DNA of 64,000 nt from positions 451-64,450 of the forward strand of contig JACDAL010000022.1 of the NCBI GenBank assembly GCA_013695465.1, given 5' to 3'. Numbering within the stretch: position 1 is the stretch's first letter; each line of letters begins with the position of its first letter. The DNA comes from Actinomycetota bacterium. Lineage in GTDB: Bacteria > Actinomycetota > CADDZG01 > WHSQ01. Below, one piece after another: positions 1 to 9,163 of this stretch. The notes beneath the pieces are model-generated. The model did no database searches. It was not told where the DNA came from and was given only the letters and a program-made list of their open reading frames with translations. The position numbers were made by a program, and so were the translations under genes.

Positions 1-342
1 GAGCTCGACCACATCGGGCAGCAAGGTGCGGTCGTCACCGATGACCTCCAACTTTATCCACTCCGTCTCGAACGCGTCGCGCGCCAACCGGGCGGTGGTG
101 ATCGCATCATTAGCCGTGAAGCACCCCGCGGTGTTGGGGACCAGGCGGCACCCCGCACGCTCGAGAACATCGACTATGGATCCGCGTGCGTCGGGGCTGA
201 CGCGGCGCAGAGCGACCGTCGCCAGCTCGGCACCCGAGGCCACCAATGCCTTCTCGAGCGCCTCCAAGCTCGCCGCTCCCCCGGTCCCGAGCACCAGCCG
301 GCTGGAGAAACTCTCACCCGCCAGAACGAAGGGATCATCCAT
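1..342 (-). CDS. thiG: thiazole synthase ThiG, N-terminal part (gene continues past the left window edge)
   Basis: Hand translation of the minus strand from the ATG at 342-340 gives [48 protein letters not shown]...[18 protein letters not shown], a typical ThiG N-terminus. It lies downstream of thiS in thiO-thiS-thiG order. It is absent from the ORF track because there is no stop inside the window. Confidence 0.85.
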   Translation of the reverse strand, partial: MDDPFVLAGESFSSRLVLGTGGAASLEALEKALVASGAELATVALRRVSPDARGSIVDVLERAGCRLVPNTAGCFTANDAITTARLARDAFETEWIKLEVIGDDRTLLPDVVEL

Positions 343-394
343 CCCTAGCACACCTTCCAATGAGTACGTTCGCCGACTTTCCGGTGCGGAGCAC

Positions 395-601
395 CTAGCC
401 TCCCTGGACCGCGCCGAGTATCTCGACCCGATCGCCCTCTTCGACGGCAGTTGCGCCCCATCTGTGGCGATTGACGACCTCGCCGTTGCGAGCGGCCGCG
501 ATTCCTCTTCCGTCCGGCGCATGGCCCACGAGCTTGATGAGATCGGCAACCGTGACATCCTCGGGGACGTCGCGCTCGCAGCCGTTGACCACGATGTTCA
601 T
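395..601 (-). CDS. thiS: sulfur carrier protein ThiS
   Basis: This is the last 68 aa of track ORF 395..1645(-): [12 protein letters not shown]...[13 protein letters not shown]. It has the C-terminal GG and the ThiS size. Its ATG overlaps the thiO stop (ATGA at 598-601). Confidence 0.85.
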   Translation of the reverse strand: MNIVVNGCERDVPEDVTVADLIKLVGHAPDGRGIAAARNGEVVNRHRWGATAVEEGDRVEILGAVQGG

Positions 602-1701
602 GCCGCGAACCGCAGCGGAGAAAACGACTCGATGAGGGACGGCGTGGTGCCGGTTACGAGGAGCTCGACGAGCGCGTCGGCGGTCACCGAAGCGAGCAGG
701 ATGCCGTTGCGGTAATGGCCGGTGGCGGCGTACAGAGCGGGTACCGAGGTTTCTCCGATCAGGGGGGCATTGTCCACAGAGCCGGGCCGCAGACCGGCAA
801 CTACCTCTGTCAGCGCCAGCTCGGTCACTCCGGGCACCAGCTCGTAGGCTGCCCGGAGTAGCTCGAACACGGCCCCGGCCGTGACTCTGGTATCGAAGCC
901 TGCCTCCTCCACAGTCGCCCCTACAATAAGTCTGCCGTCGCTGCGCGGAACGAGATAGATGTCGACTCCCCGCACCGTCATCGTCAGCAACGGGGGCTCG
1001 GCGGGACCCGAGAGGTGCAGCAGCTGGCCTTTGACCGGCCGCACCGACGCCGCCACTTCGGCGGGCATGCCCTCGATGGCTGAGGATTCCGAGCCCGCTG
1101 CGAGCACCACGGCATCGCCGCGCACGACCTCGCCGCCCGAGGTCATGACCACTCCCGTGGACACCTCTGTGACTCGGTCGCTCTTTACGCAGACTCGAGC
1201 TCTCTCGCAGGCAACGGCCAGCGCCCGTGCGAGAGCGCGGTTGTCGACGGAATGATCGCCCTCGACCACCAGGCCGCTGCGCACGGTGGGGGCCAGGGCG
1301 GGCTGCAGCTTCCGGCACTCCTGGACACGCAGCTTCCGGGCGGAGAGTCCCAGGCCCAGCTGGTAGGCGTGGAGCTCGTCGAGCCGGGCCTTGTCGTCGA
1401 GATCTCGTGCCACGACCAAGGTCCCCGTAGTCCTGTACCCGACGTCTGCTCCCGAGCAGTCTTCGAGCTTTGACACGAAGTCCGGGTAGCGCCCGGCGGC
1501 GGCAAGGTTGAGCTCCAAGAGAGCCTCCTCGCCGTAGGACACCTCGCCCACCGGCGCCAACATGCCGGCGGCTGCGTGGGTGGCACCAGCGTTCGCGCGG
1601 TCGTCCACCACGGCGACCGACATCCCCCGAGCAGCAGCCGTCCACGCGACGCTCAGTCCGATGATCCCCCCGCCTACCACGACGACGTCGAAGCGGCTCA
1701 C
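598..1701 (-). CDS. thiO: FAD-dependent glycine oxidase ThiO
   Basis: Track ORF 598..2235(-). The dinucleotide-binding motif VSRFDVVVVGGGIIGLSVAWTAAARGMSVAVVDD begins at the GTG at 1701. The upstream part of the ORF is an arginine-rich shadow. Context is thiS/thiG. Confidence 0.85.
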   Translation of the reverse strand: MSRFDVVVVGGGIIGLSVAWTAAARGMSVAVVDDRANAGATHAAAGMLAPVGEVSYGEEALLELNLAAAGRYPDFVSKLEDCSGADVGYRTTGTLVVARDLDDKARLDELHAYQLGLGLSARKLRVQECRKLQPALAPTVRSGLVVEGDHSVDNRALARALAVACERARVCVKSDRVTEVSTGVVMTSGGEVVRGDAVVLAAGSESSAIEGMPAEVAASVRPVKGQLLHLSGPAEPPLLTMTVRGVDIYLVPRSDGRLIVGATVEEAGFDTRVTAGAVFELLRAAYELVPGVTELALTEVVAGLRPGSVDNAPLIGETSVPALYAATGHYRNGILLASVTADALVELLVTGTTPSLIESFSPLRFAA

Positions 1702-1736
1702 GTCGGCGGCATCCTCCACGGCCGGCTTTGCGTCCG

Positions 1737-2195
1737 CTAAGAGGTGGGCCGGGCGAGGCTTACCGGTGCGAGCTTCGCCAGTACAGAGGTCTCCGTGAGC
1801 GTCAGCTTCTTGGAGAGCTTCACCGAGGTGCTGTCGGCGTTGCGCTTGAACGAGAGATTGTCTACCAGGTGGCTCATCAGCAGCATTCCGCGGCCACTCT
1901 CGGCGTCCAGGGAAGCCACGGATGGGTTCTCCGTCACTTCGGACGGGGGCCTCAGGTTCGTTACCGTGACTTCGGCCGAACGGCCGTCGACCCGCGCAGT
2001 GACCTCGTATTGCTCCTCGCCGGCCTGCGCGTGTTTGAGGGCATTCGAGCAAGCCTCGGTGACCGCCAGCTCGAGCTCCTCTACACACTCTGGGGCGACG
2101 CCGAGCCGGTCCAGCGATGCACCAAAGAGGTGCCGCACCATCGGCACCGTTAGGTAATCGCGAGGAAGCAAGAGGTCGAATAGGAGTTCCATCAC
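1737..2195 (-). CDS. RsbW-like anti-sigma factor / serine protein kinase (HATPase_c_2 type)
   Basis: 152 aa. It contains LAVTEACSNALKHA (N-box-like) and ESGRGMLLMSHLVDNLSF (G-box-like), typical of partner-switching kinases. Confidence 0.7.
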   Translation of the reverse strand: MMELLFDLLLPRDYLTVPMVRHLFGASLDRLGVAPECVEELELAVTEACSNALKHAQAGEEQYEVTARVDGRSAEVTVTNLRPPSEVTENPSVASLDAESGRGMLLMSHLVDNLSFKRNADSTSVKLSKKLTLTETSVLAKLAPVSLARPTS

Positions 2196-2291
2196 GTTGA
2201 CAACTACCCAGCGTCAATTCGGGCAAACCCGTCATTACTATCGCGTGCTACTCCCGCTAACAGAACCCGCTTGGAGGACCTCCTGAGCTCG

Positions 2292-3332
2292 CTACAGAAC
2301 CCGCTTGAGGACCTCGAGGGCCCGCTCCGTATCCTCGTTCGAGACATCTCGGTGCGTTACAAGCCGCACAGATGTCGCACCGGGAAACGCGAGCGTGAGC
2401 ACGCCATGCTCCCGCAGCAGATCACGCAACTCGACCGCCGACTTCGAGAACGGCTGAAGGTCGACATAGACCATGTTGGTCTCGACTCCCGCAAGGTCGA
2501 CACAATCGGGGTGGAGGTCGGCCAGGCCCTCGGCAAGCCGCCGGGCGTTGGCATGGTCCTCCACAAGACGTTCGACACCGGTCTCGAGTGCGACCCGGGC
2601 CGCCGCCGCGATGACGCCGGCCTGGCGCATGCCTCCTCCAAGCCTCTTTCGCAGGCGGTGGGCATCCGAGACGATCTCTGCCGTGGAGCACACCATCGAT
2701 CCGATAGGAGCTCCCAGCCCTTTGGAGAAGCAGAACGACAACGAGTCTGCGCACGCCGCCCACTCCCGAGCCGGGACACCCGTAGCGGCTTGGGCGTTGA
2801 AAAGCCGGGCGCCGTCCAGATGCACGGGGACGCCGCGCTCGCGGCAAACCTCGGCCACCGCACGCGCTTCTTCGAGGGGAAAAACGCTGCCCCCGGCGGA
2901 GTTGTGAGTGTTCTCGATCGCCACGACCGCAGTGCGAGGCGTGTGCTCGCTACCGGGTCGCACTGCGGCCCTCACTTGGTCGTGTGAGATCACGGCCCCG
3001 TGTCCCGGAAGCGTGCGCATCATTAGACCGAGGTGGGCCGCCGCGGCGCCTCCCTCGAAGTGGAGAAAGTGAGCCCTGTCGTGACAGAGGACTTCCGAGC
3101 CGGGCGGGGCCAGCGCGCCGAGGCATACCTGATTGCCCATCGAGCCCGAGGGCACGAACAGCGCCGCCTCCTTGCCCAGCAGCGAGGCGGACATCTCCTG
3201 CAGCTCGTTGACCGTGGGATCGTCGCCCAGCACGTCGTCGCCGACCTCGGCTTCGGCCATCGCCCGGCGCATCTCGGGCGTGGGCCGGGTGACGGTATCG
3301 GAGCGCAAGTCTATAAGGTCATCCATCGGCAC
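2292..3332 (-). CDS. ltaE: low-specificity L-threonine aldolase (PLP)
   Basis: 346 aa. The sequence [40 protein letters not shown]...[13 protein letters not shown] matches the threonine aldolase family signature, including the PLP lysine context. Confidence 0.85.
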   Translation of the reverse strand: MPMDDLIDLRSDTVTRPTPEMRRAMAEAEVGDDVLGDDPTVNELQEMSASLLGKEAALFVPSGSMGNQVCLGALAPPGSEVLCHDRAHFLHFEGGAAAAHLGLMMRTLPGHGAVISHDQVRAAVRPGSEHTPRTAVVAIENTHNSAGGSVFPLEEARAVAEVCRERGVPVHLDGARLFNAQAATGVPAREWAACADSLSFCFSKGLGAPIGSMVCSTAEIVSDAHRLRKRLGGGMRQAGVIAAAARVALETGVERLVEDHANARRLAEGLADLHPDCVDLAGVETNMVYVDLQPFSKSAVELRDLLREHGVLTLAFPGATSVRLVTHRDVSNEDTERALEVLKRVL

Positions 3333-3344
3333 AAGTTAGCCGAA

Positions 3345-4376
3345 TTAGCCGAAGAACACTCCCGCCGAGTCGTAGAGATCCTGGGTCAGGGTCTTCAACT
3401 CGCCCACCGCCTCGGACAGGGGGACGCGCACGATGTCTGTCCCTCTGAGGGCCACCATGACGCCGTAGTCACCGGCCTCGACTGCGTCGATGGCCGCTAT
3501 CCCGAAGCGGGTAGCCAGAACCCGGTCGTAGGCGGTCGGGGTCCCGCCGCGCTGAATATGCCCCAGGATTGTGACGCGCGTCTCGAAACCCGTGCGCGCC
3601 TCGATCTCGCCCTCGAGCCAAACGCCGATCCCGCCTAGACGGACGTGTCCGAACGCATCCTTGTCCTGGTTTCTGAGCGTCTCTCCGCCCTCTCTAGGCG
3701 TTGCGCCCTCGGCCACCACCACGATCGAGAAGGTGCGGCCGCGGTGGTGGCGATGGCGGATGTGCGCGCAGACCTCCTCTATGTCGAAGGGTCGCTCGGG
3801 CACCAGGATCTCGTCGGCGCCGCCGGCCAGGCCCGAATAGGTGGCGATCCAGCCGGCGTGCCTACCCATGACCTCGACCACCATGACCCGGTTGTGTGAC
3901 TCGGCGGTGGTGTGGAGCCGGTCGATGGCGTCTGTGCAGATCTGGACTGCGGTCTGGAAGCCGAAGGTGAAGTCGGTGCCGGAGAGGTCGTTGTCGATGG
4001 TCTTGGGAACGCCGACGACGTTCACGCCCTCGGAGGTGAGCTTGTCCGCCACCCCGAGCGTGTCCTCCCCTCCCACCGTGATCAGCGAGTCGATGTTCTC
4101 GGAGAGGAGGCTGTGCTTGACCTGCTCGACGCCGCCTTCCACCTTGAACGGGTTCGTGCGCGACGAGCCCAGGATCGTGCCCCCCCGGTGCAGGATCCCC
4201 GAGGTGTTGTCGGGGGTCAGGTGCAGCGTGCGCCCCTCGAGCACGCCCTTCCATCCGTCCCGGTAACCCACGATCGCGTGTCCGTAGCGGTTCACTCCCT
4301 TGCGCACAACGGCGCGGATCACTGCGTTGAGCCCGGGGCAGTCGCCGCCCCCGGTGAGAATGCCGATCCTTCCCAT
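3345..4376 (-). CDS. pfkA: 6-phosphofructokinase (ATP/PPi-dependent PfkA family)
   Basis: MGRIGILTGGGDCPGLNAVIRAVVRKG...GVPKTIDNDL...MGRHAGWIA. The start is set at the ATG at 4376, the internal Met of track ORF 3345..4442. Confidence 0.9.
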   Translation of the reverse strand: MGRIGILTGGGDCPGLNAVIRAVVRKGVNRYGHAIVGYRDGWKGVLEGRTLHLTPDNTSGILHRGGTILGSSRTNPFKVEGGVEQVKHSLLSENIDSLITVGGEDTLGVADKLTSEGVNVVGVPKTIDNDLSGTDFTFGFQTAVQICTDAIDRLHTTAESHNRVMVVEVMGRHAGWIATYSGLAGGADEILVPERPFDIEEVCAHIRHRHHRGRTFSIVVVAEGATPREGGETLRNQDKDAFGHVRLGGIGVWLEGEIEARTGFETRVTILGHIQRGGTPTAYDRVLATRFGIAAIDAVEAGDYGVMVALRGTDIVRVPLSEAVGELKTLTQDLYDSAGVFFG

Positions 4377-4500
4377 TTCCTTCGTCTCCCTCCTACCGGT
4401 GTGGCAGCAATCTTGGCAGCGTTTGACCGGGCCCGATGTCACTCCGAACGCGTTTGGGCTCGGAGCGGAGATGGTAGGCGGCTCAAACTAGGGAGTTCCG

Positions 4501-4525
4501 GGGCCGGGCCGGGCCGGGCTGGGCC
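4501..4525. repeat. pentanucleotide microsatellite (GGGCC)5, one unit GGGCT
   Basis: Read directly: gggcc gggcc gggcc gggct gggcc. It lies in the divergent pfk / rlpA-like intergenic region. Confidence 0.9.
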
Positions 4526-4653
4526 GAACTTTGTGGCCTAGACCACGTGGGAGGTGGTTGGCGGCTCGAAGTTGGTCGGGGACACGGAGGTTGCCCGGCT
4601 CGAGCGGACTGCGGCACCTCAACCCGCCGCCCGGGACCGCCGACAACATCCTA

Positions 4654-5685
4654 ATGAAGTCTGTCGCGCGCGCTCTGATCGCAGCCTCCCTGGCCCTGCT
4701 CTCGGGTCTCGCCGCGGTGCCGCAGGCCGGGGCCGAGGACATCGATGAGCTCCGCACGAGGGCGCAGGAGGTAGCCGACCGGCTTAGCTCCCTCGAGCAG
4801 CGCCTGATCTCGCTCGAGAGTCGCAGAGAGGGGCTCGAGCAGGACATCCTCGCCTCGGACCAGCGCATCGGGGCACTGGAGCTCTCGATCCACGAATTCG
4901 AGGCCGATTACTCGGCCGCCCGAGGCCGCTACGTCGACAGTGCGGTGCGCGCCTACAAGGCCGGCGCCAACCCGCAGCTCGAGCTGCTGCTGTCGGCCCG
5001 CAGCATGTCGGAGCTTGCCTCCTTGGCTCAAGCCGCCGATGAGATCGCACGGATAGACTCGGCCGCCCTGAGCGAGGCTCTGACCGCCCGGCGCCGAGCG
5101 CTGAGGGCGCAGGCTGCTCTCGACTCCGAAAAACAGGAGCTGCTCGCTGCTCGGGAGAGGGTGGAATCCGTCAGCGCTTCCCTCAGCGCGGCCACAGATG
5201 AGCGCAGCACGGTGCTCGACGAGCTCACCACCGAGATCGCCAGGCTCGAACAGGAGGCGCGCGAGCGGGCCCTGGCGGCTCAGCTCGCAGCCGCCGAGGC
5301 CGCGTCCTTGGACGAGGCCTTCCTCGCGGTGCTGGAACCCGACCAGTCCGGAGCCGGTCCGGCCCAGAACCTCCCGGACGGATTCGCCGCATCCGGGGTG
5401 AGCTTCGAGGGGGCCGCGTCCTGGTACGGGCCCGGCTTCGAGGGAGACGCCACGGCCAACGGGGAGATCTACGACCCGAGGGAGTTCACGGCCGCCAGCA
5501 AGGAGCTTCCCTTCGACACGTGGCTGTTCGTGAGCTTCGAGGGCCGCGGGGTCATCGTGCGGATCAACGACCGGGGGCCTTATGTCGGGGAGCGCATCAT
5601 CGATCTCAGCCAGGCCGCGGCGCAGGCCGTGGGGCTGTCGGGAGTGGGCTGGGTGGAGATCGAGATCCTCATCAAGACTTCCTGA
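4654..5685 (+). CDS. secreted coiled-coil protein with C-terminal RlpA-like double-psi beta-barrel domain
   Basis: Signal peptide MKSVARALIAASLALLSGLAAVPQAGA, then a long heptad-like Ala/Glu/Leu region. The C-terminus GAASWYGPGFEGDATANGEIYDP...VRINDRGPYVGERIIDLS is typical of the DPBB/RlpA family. Confidence 0.75.
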   Translation: MKSVARALIAASLALLSGLAAVPQAGAEDIDELRTRAQEVADRLSSLEQRLISLESRREGLEQDILASDQRIGALELSIHEFEADYSAARGRYVDSAVRAYKAGANPQLELLLSARSMSELASLAQAADEIARIDSAALSEALTARRRALRAQAALDSEKQELLAARERVESVSASLSAATDERSTVLDELTTEIARLEQEARERALAAQLAAAEAASLDEAFLAVLEPDQSGAGPAQNLPDGFAASGVSFEGAASWYGPGFEGDATANGEIYDPREFTAASKELPFDTWLFVSFEGRGVIVRINDRGPYVGERIIDLSQAAAQAVGLSGVGWVEIEILIKTS

Positions 5686-5740
5686 GCACCTCCATCCCTG
5701 ATCCGCGCAGCCGCGCCCGTCCGGCGTTTATCGTCGGCGA

Positions 5741-6991
5741 ATGCCGTCGGAGACGATCACGCTGTCGGGTCACATCATCGACTCGCACACGCTGCCCGGC
5801 GTGCTGGACGAGATCATCGACTTCGGAGCGACCTACGAGACGGTCGAGCTGCGGCTCGGCATGCGGCACGAGGACGAGTCCCTGGCTCGGCTGCGGGTTA
5901 CCACCGGCACCGAGGACGAGCTTGCTCGCCTGCTCGACCGTCTCCAGCATCTCGGCGCCAACCCCGACACCGTGGAGGACGCGCAGATAGCCGAGGCCGA
6001 CGTCGCCGGGTCCTTTCCCGAGGGCTTCTACTCCACCACCAACCTCGAGACGGAGGTCAGGATCGACGGGCACTGGGTTTCAGTCACCCATCCCGAGATG
6101 GACTGCGGCATCGTCGTCTCGAAAGACGGCGCCCGCACGATCCCAATGGGTGAGGTCTCCGCTGGGATGCGGATAGTGATGGCGGGGCTCGGCATAAGGG
6201 TTACGCCTATCGACAAGCCGCGAGGCGAACAGCGACAAGCGTTCGAGTTCATGTCTTCCGACGTCTCCTCCGAAAAACCCAAGGCTCTACTAGTCGAGCA
6301 GGTTGCTCGGATGCTGCGAGGCGTCAAGGAGCAGGGCCGTCGCATAATGTGGGTGGCCGGGCCTGCGGTCGTCCACACGGGCTCCGGCCCGGACCTCTGC
6401 GCGCTGATCCGGGCCGGATACGTCGATGCGTTCTTTGCAGGAAACGGCGTCGCTGCGCATGACATCGAATCGAATTTGTTCGGCACCTCACTCGGTGTGC
6501 ATCTGGATCAGGGCATCGCCATGGAGCACGGCCACGAGCACCACATCCGAGCCGTCAACCAGGTCCGCCGCCACGGCTCCTTCAAAGCCGCCATCGATGC
6601 GGGCCTGATCAGGGGGGGCATCGTCTACGACCTCGTCTCTTGCGGGGCGGAGTTCGTGTTCGGGGGCAGTGTGCGCGACGACGGCCCCTTGCCCGACGTG
6701 GTCACCGACATGCTCGAGGTGCAACGCCGGGTGCGTGACCTGATCTGGGGCCGCGACGGTGACGACCTCGTGGGATTCTGCATCGTGGTCGGGACGATGT
6801 TGCATGGGATCGCGACCGGCAACTGCCTCCCCGCTTCGGTACCGCTGGTGTGCGTCGACATCAACCAGGCCACGGTCACCAAGCTGATGGACAGGGGCTC
6901 GTTTCAGTCGGTGGGGATCATCACGGACGTGGGCTTTTTCATCAGGGGCCTGGCCGAGCGCTTGGCCGAAGTGGAACCTCCGAGCCGATGA
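5741..6991 (+). CDS. LOR/SDH-domain protein of the TIGR00300 type (alternative ornithine cyclodeaminase-like family)
   Basis: 416 aa. The N-terminus ITLSGHIIDSHTLPGVLDEIIDFG and the central WVAGPAVVHTGSGPDLCALIRAGYVDAFFAGNGVAAHD resemble the TIGR00300 / LOR-SDH conserved-region family. This assignment is from memory of the family. Confidence 0.7.
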   Translation: MPSETITLSGHIIDSHTLPGVLDEIIDFGATYETVELRLGMRHEDESLARLRVTTGTEDELARLLDRLQHLGANPDTVEDAQIAEADVAGSFPEGFYSTTNLETEVRIDGHWVSVTHPEMDCGIVVSKDGARTIPMGEVSAGMRIVMAGLGIRVTPIDKPRGEQRQAFEFMSSDVSSEKPKALLVEQVARMLRGVKEQGRRIMWVAGPAVVHTGSGPDLCALIRAGYVDAFFAGNGVAAHDIESNLFGTSLGVHLDQGIAMEHGHEHHIRAVNQVRRHGSFKAAIDAGLIRGGIVYDLVSCGAEFVFGGSVRDDGPLPDVVTDMLEVQRRVRDLIWGRDGDDLVGFCIVVGTMLHGIATGNCLPASVPLVCVDINQATVTKLMDRGSFQSVGIITDVGFFIRGLAERLAEVEPPSR

Positions 6992-7144
6992 CCTTCCTCG
7001 GGCGCGTCAAGAGCCGTGAACTCCGTTCAGAGGAGATTCACACACCTCAGGCGTGGCTAAATCTCCTCAGAACCCGAAGAACGCCATCAACTGGGCAACT
7101 CGTACGGTTAGACCGGCGCAGGTGGAGCCATCCCGCCCTCTGCT

Positions 7145-8500
7145 CTAAGTGTTCGGCGGGCTGCTCTTGAGAACCGGGAGTGCTCGCTCCAGTAGTTCGG
7201 CCAGGCCCGGCTCGGACACCTCCTCGAGCTCGTAGCCGGCGCGGTAAGCCGGCACCTCGAGATCGATCACCTTGCGCAGATCGATGGGCGTTGCGATGAG
7301 CACCACTTCCGCGTCGGACGAGTTGATCGTGGCGGCAAGCTCCTCACGTTGTGCCTCCGAGTAGCCCATCGCAGGAAGCAACTGCTCCATGTGCGGATAG
7401 CGCTCGTAGACCTCCTTGATGCTGCCGACCGCCCACTGCCTCGGATCAACGAGTTGTGCGCCGGCGCGCCGGGCCGCGACCACGCCGGCGCCGTAGCCCA
7501 TCCCTCCGTGCGTCAGGGTGGGCCCGTCCTCGACCACGAGGACTCTTTTTCCTTCGAGCTCGACGCCGTCCTCAATCGTGATGGGAGAGTGCGCCTTGAC
7601 GATGCCGGCGTTGGGATTGAGCGCGTGGATGGTCCGCTCGAGTTCCTCGACCGAGGCCGGGTCCGCCGAGTCGACCTTGTTGATGACCACGATGTGCGCG
7701 CTCCTGAGGTTGGCTTCGCCCGGGTGATAGCGCGTTTCGTGGCCCACTCGCAGCGGGTCCGCGACCGTGATGTGTGCATCCGGAACGTAGAAGGGAAGGT
7801 CGTTGTTGCCGCCGTCCCACAGGATCACCTCAGCTTCCTGCTGCGCCCGTTCAAGGATGGCGCCGTAGTCGATTCCCGCGTAGACGACCGAACCGGTCGC
7901 GAGATGGGGCTCGTACTCCTCCCTCTCCTCAATCGTGCAGTCGGCGGCAGCAAGATCGTCAAAGCTCTCGAATCGCTGCACTGCCTGGAGGGCCAAATCC
8001 CCGTAGGGCATGGGGTGTCTCACGATCGCCATCCGGCGGCCCCACCCCCTGAGAATGCGGGCTACCGCCCGCGTGGTTTGCGACTTGCCCGACCCGGTCC
8101 GAACCGCGCACACGGCAACCACCGGGACGCGGGCTCTAAGGGCCGTGCTTCCAGGGCCCAGCAGCGTGAAGTTTGGCCCCCCAGCCAGCACGCGAGAGGC
8201 CTGGTGCATAACGGCCTCGTGCGAGACGTCCGAGTAGGAGAAGACCACCTCTTCTACCTTTTGCGATGCGATGAGCGCCTCGAGGTCGTCCTCCGAGTGG
8301 ATGCGGATGCCGTCGGGATAGAGCGGCCCGGCCAGCTCCGAGGGGTATAGCCTGCCCTCGATACCGGGGATCTGCGCTGCGGTGAACGCCACCACCTCGG
8401 CCCCCTCGTCGTCGCGATAGGCGACGTTGAAGTTGTGGAAGTCACGGCCTGCGGCGCCCATGATGAGCACGCGCCTGCGGGAAGCGGAAGATGGGCTCAT
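7145..8500 (-). CDS. cyclic 2,3-diphosphoglycerate synthetase-like P-loop protein (COG2403-type predicted GTPase)
   Basis: 451 aa. It contains VLIMGAAGRDFHNFNVAY, the P-loop-like AVRTGSGKSQTT and VINKVDSA (NKxD-like), matching my recollection of the cpgS/COG2403 family. Confidence 0.7.
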   Translation of the reverse strand: MSPSSASRRRVLIMGAAGRDFHNFNVAYRDDEGAEVVAFTAAQIPGIEGRLYPSELAGPLYPDGIRIHSEDDLEALIASQKVEEVVFSYSDVSHEAVMHQASRVLAGGPNFTLLGPGSTALRARVPVVAVCAVRTGSGKSQTTRAVARILRGWGRRMAIVRHPMPYGDLALQAVQRFESFDDLAAADCTIEEREEYEPHLATGSVVYAGIDYGAILERAQQEAEVILWDGGNNDLPFYVPDAHITVADPLRVGHETRYHPGEANLRSAHIVVINKVDSADPASVEELERTIHALNPNAGIVKAHSPITIEDGVELEGKRVLVVEDGPTLTHGGMGYGAGVVAARRAGAQLVDPRQWAVGSIKEVYERYPHMEQLLPAMGYSEAQREELAATINSSDAEVVLIATPIDLRKVIDLEVPAYRAGYELEEVSEPGLAELLERALPVLKSSPPNT

Positions 8501-8535
8501 AGTGCCGGGACTCTAACAAGCACCAAGGAGCGCAA

Positions 8536-9153
8536 ATGGCGACCAGGAAGCTCACCAAGAGGGGGACCCGCCGCCGGGTCCAGTTACTCGAGGTCGCCTA
8601 CAGGCTGTTCGCCGAACAGGGCTACCACCGCACCACGATCGCAGACGTCTGCGACGCGCTCGGCGTCGGCAAGGGGGTCTTCTACTGGTATTTCGAGTCC
8701 AAGGAAGTTCTGTTCGTCGAGCTCTTGCAAGGATCCTTGCGTGCCCTGCGACGCTCCCAGCAGATGGCCATCCGCGGTCTCTCGGATCCTTGCGAGCGCA
8801 TCGAGCATGGCATCAGAGCGTCGATCGAGTTCTTTCGCGCCGATCCCGGCTTTCTCGCCCTCATCCGGACCGCTGCTCGCTACGAGGAGTTCTCCTCCTA
8901 CGTTCAGCGCGGCCAGCAGGTCATCGCGGCCGACACCGCAGTGCATATCAAGGAGGGCATGGAGGCCGGCTCGATCCCGCCCGGGGACCCGGCCCTCATG
9001 GCTCACGGAATCCTCGGTGCGATCTTTCACTTCGTCGAGGTCTACTTCGGCACCGAGGCCGAGGCATCCTTCCGCCGCCCCCAGCTCGCCGAAGAGGCGG
9101 TCGCCTTCTGCATGCACGGGATCCTCGGCGCACACAACGCCGACCAGCTCTAG
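8536..9153 (+). CDS. TetR family transcriptional regulator
   Basis: 205 aa. HTH region: RVQLLEVAYRLFAEQGYHRTTIADVCDALGVGKGVFYWYFESKE. An AAGGAG RBS lies 6 nt upstream. It is divergent from 7145..8500 with only 35 bp between the starts. Confidence 0.9.
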   Translation: MATRKLTKRGTRRRVQLLEVAYRLFAEQGYHRTTIADVCDALGVGKGVFYWYFESKEVLFVELLQGSLRALRRSQQMAIRGLSDPCERIEHGIRASIEFFRADPGFLALIRTAARYEEFSSYVQRGQQVIAADTAVHIKEGMEAGSIPPGDPALMAHGILGAIFHFVEVYFGTEAEASFRRPQLAEEAVAFCMHGILGAHNADQL

Positions 9154-9163
9154 AATCGAGGCA

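Noticed and set aside
26-715. 229-aa plus-strand ORF at the left edge
   Set aside because: It is antisense to thiG/thiS, whose translations are clearly recognisable on the minus strand.
2196-2291. TPP riboswitch upstream of the thi genes
   Set aside because: The minus-strand sequence lacks the conserved CUGAGA and ACCUGAUCUGGAUAAUGCCAGCG-type elements. This needs cmscan to be certain.
8435-9163. N-terminal 243 aa of the 601-aa ORF 8435..10240
   Set aside because: It overlaps the well-supported TetR gene in another frame, is Ser/Pro/Arg-rich, and only becomes hydrophobic and membrane-like after the ATG at 9164.
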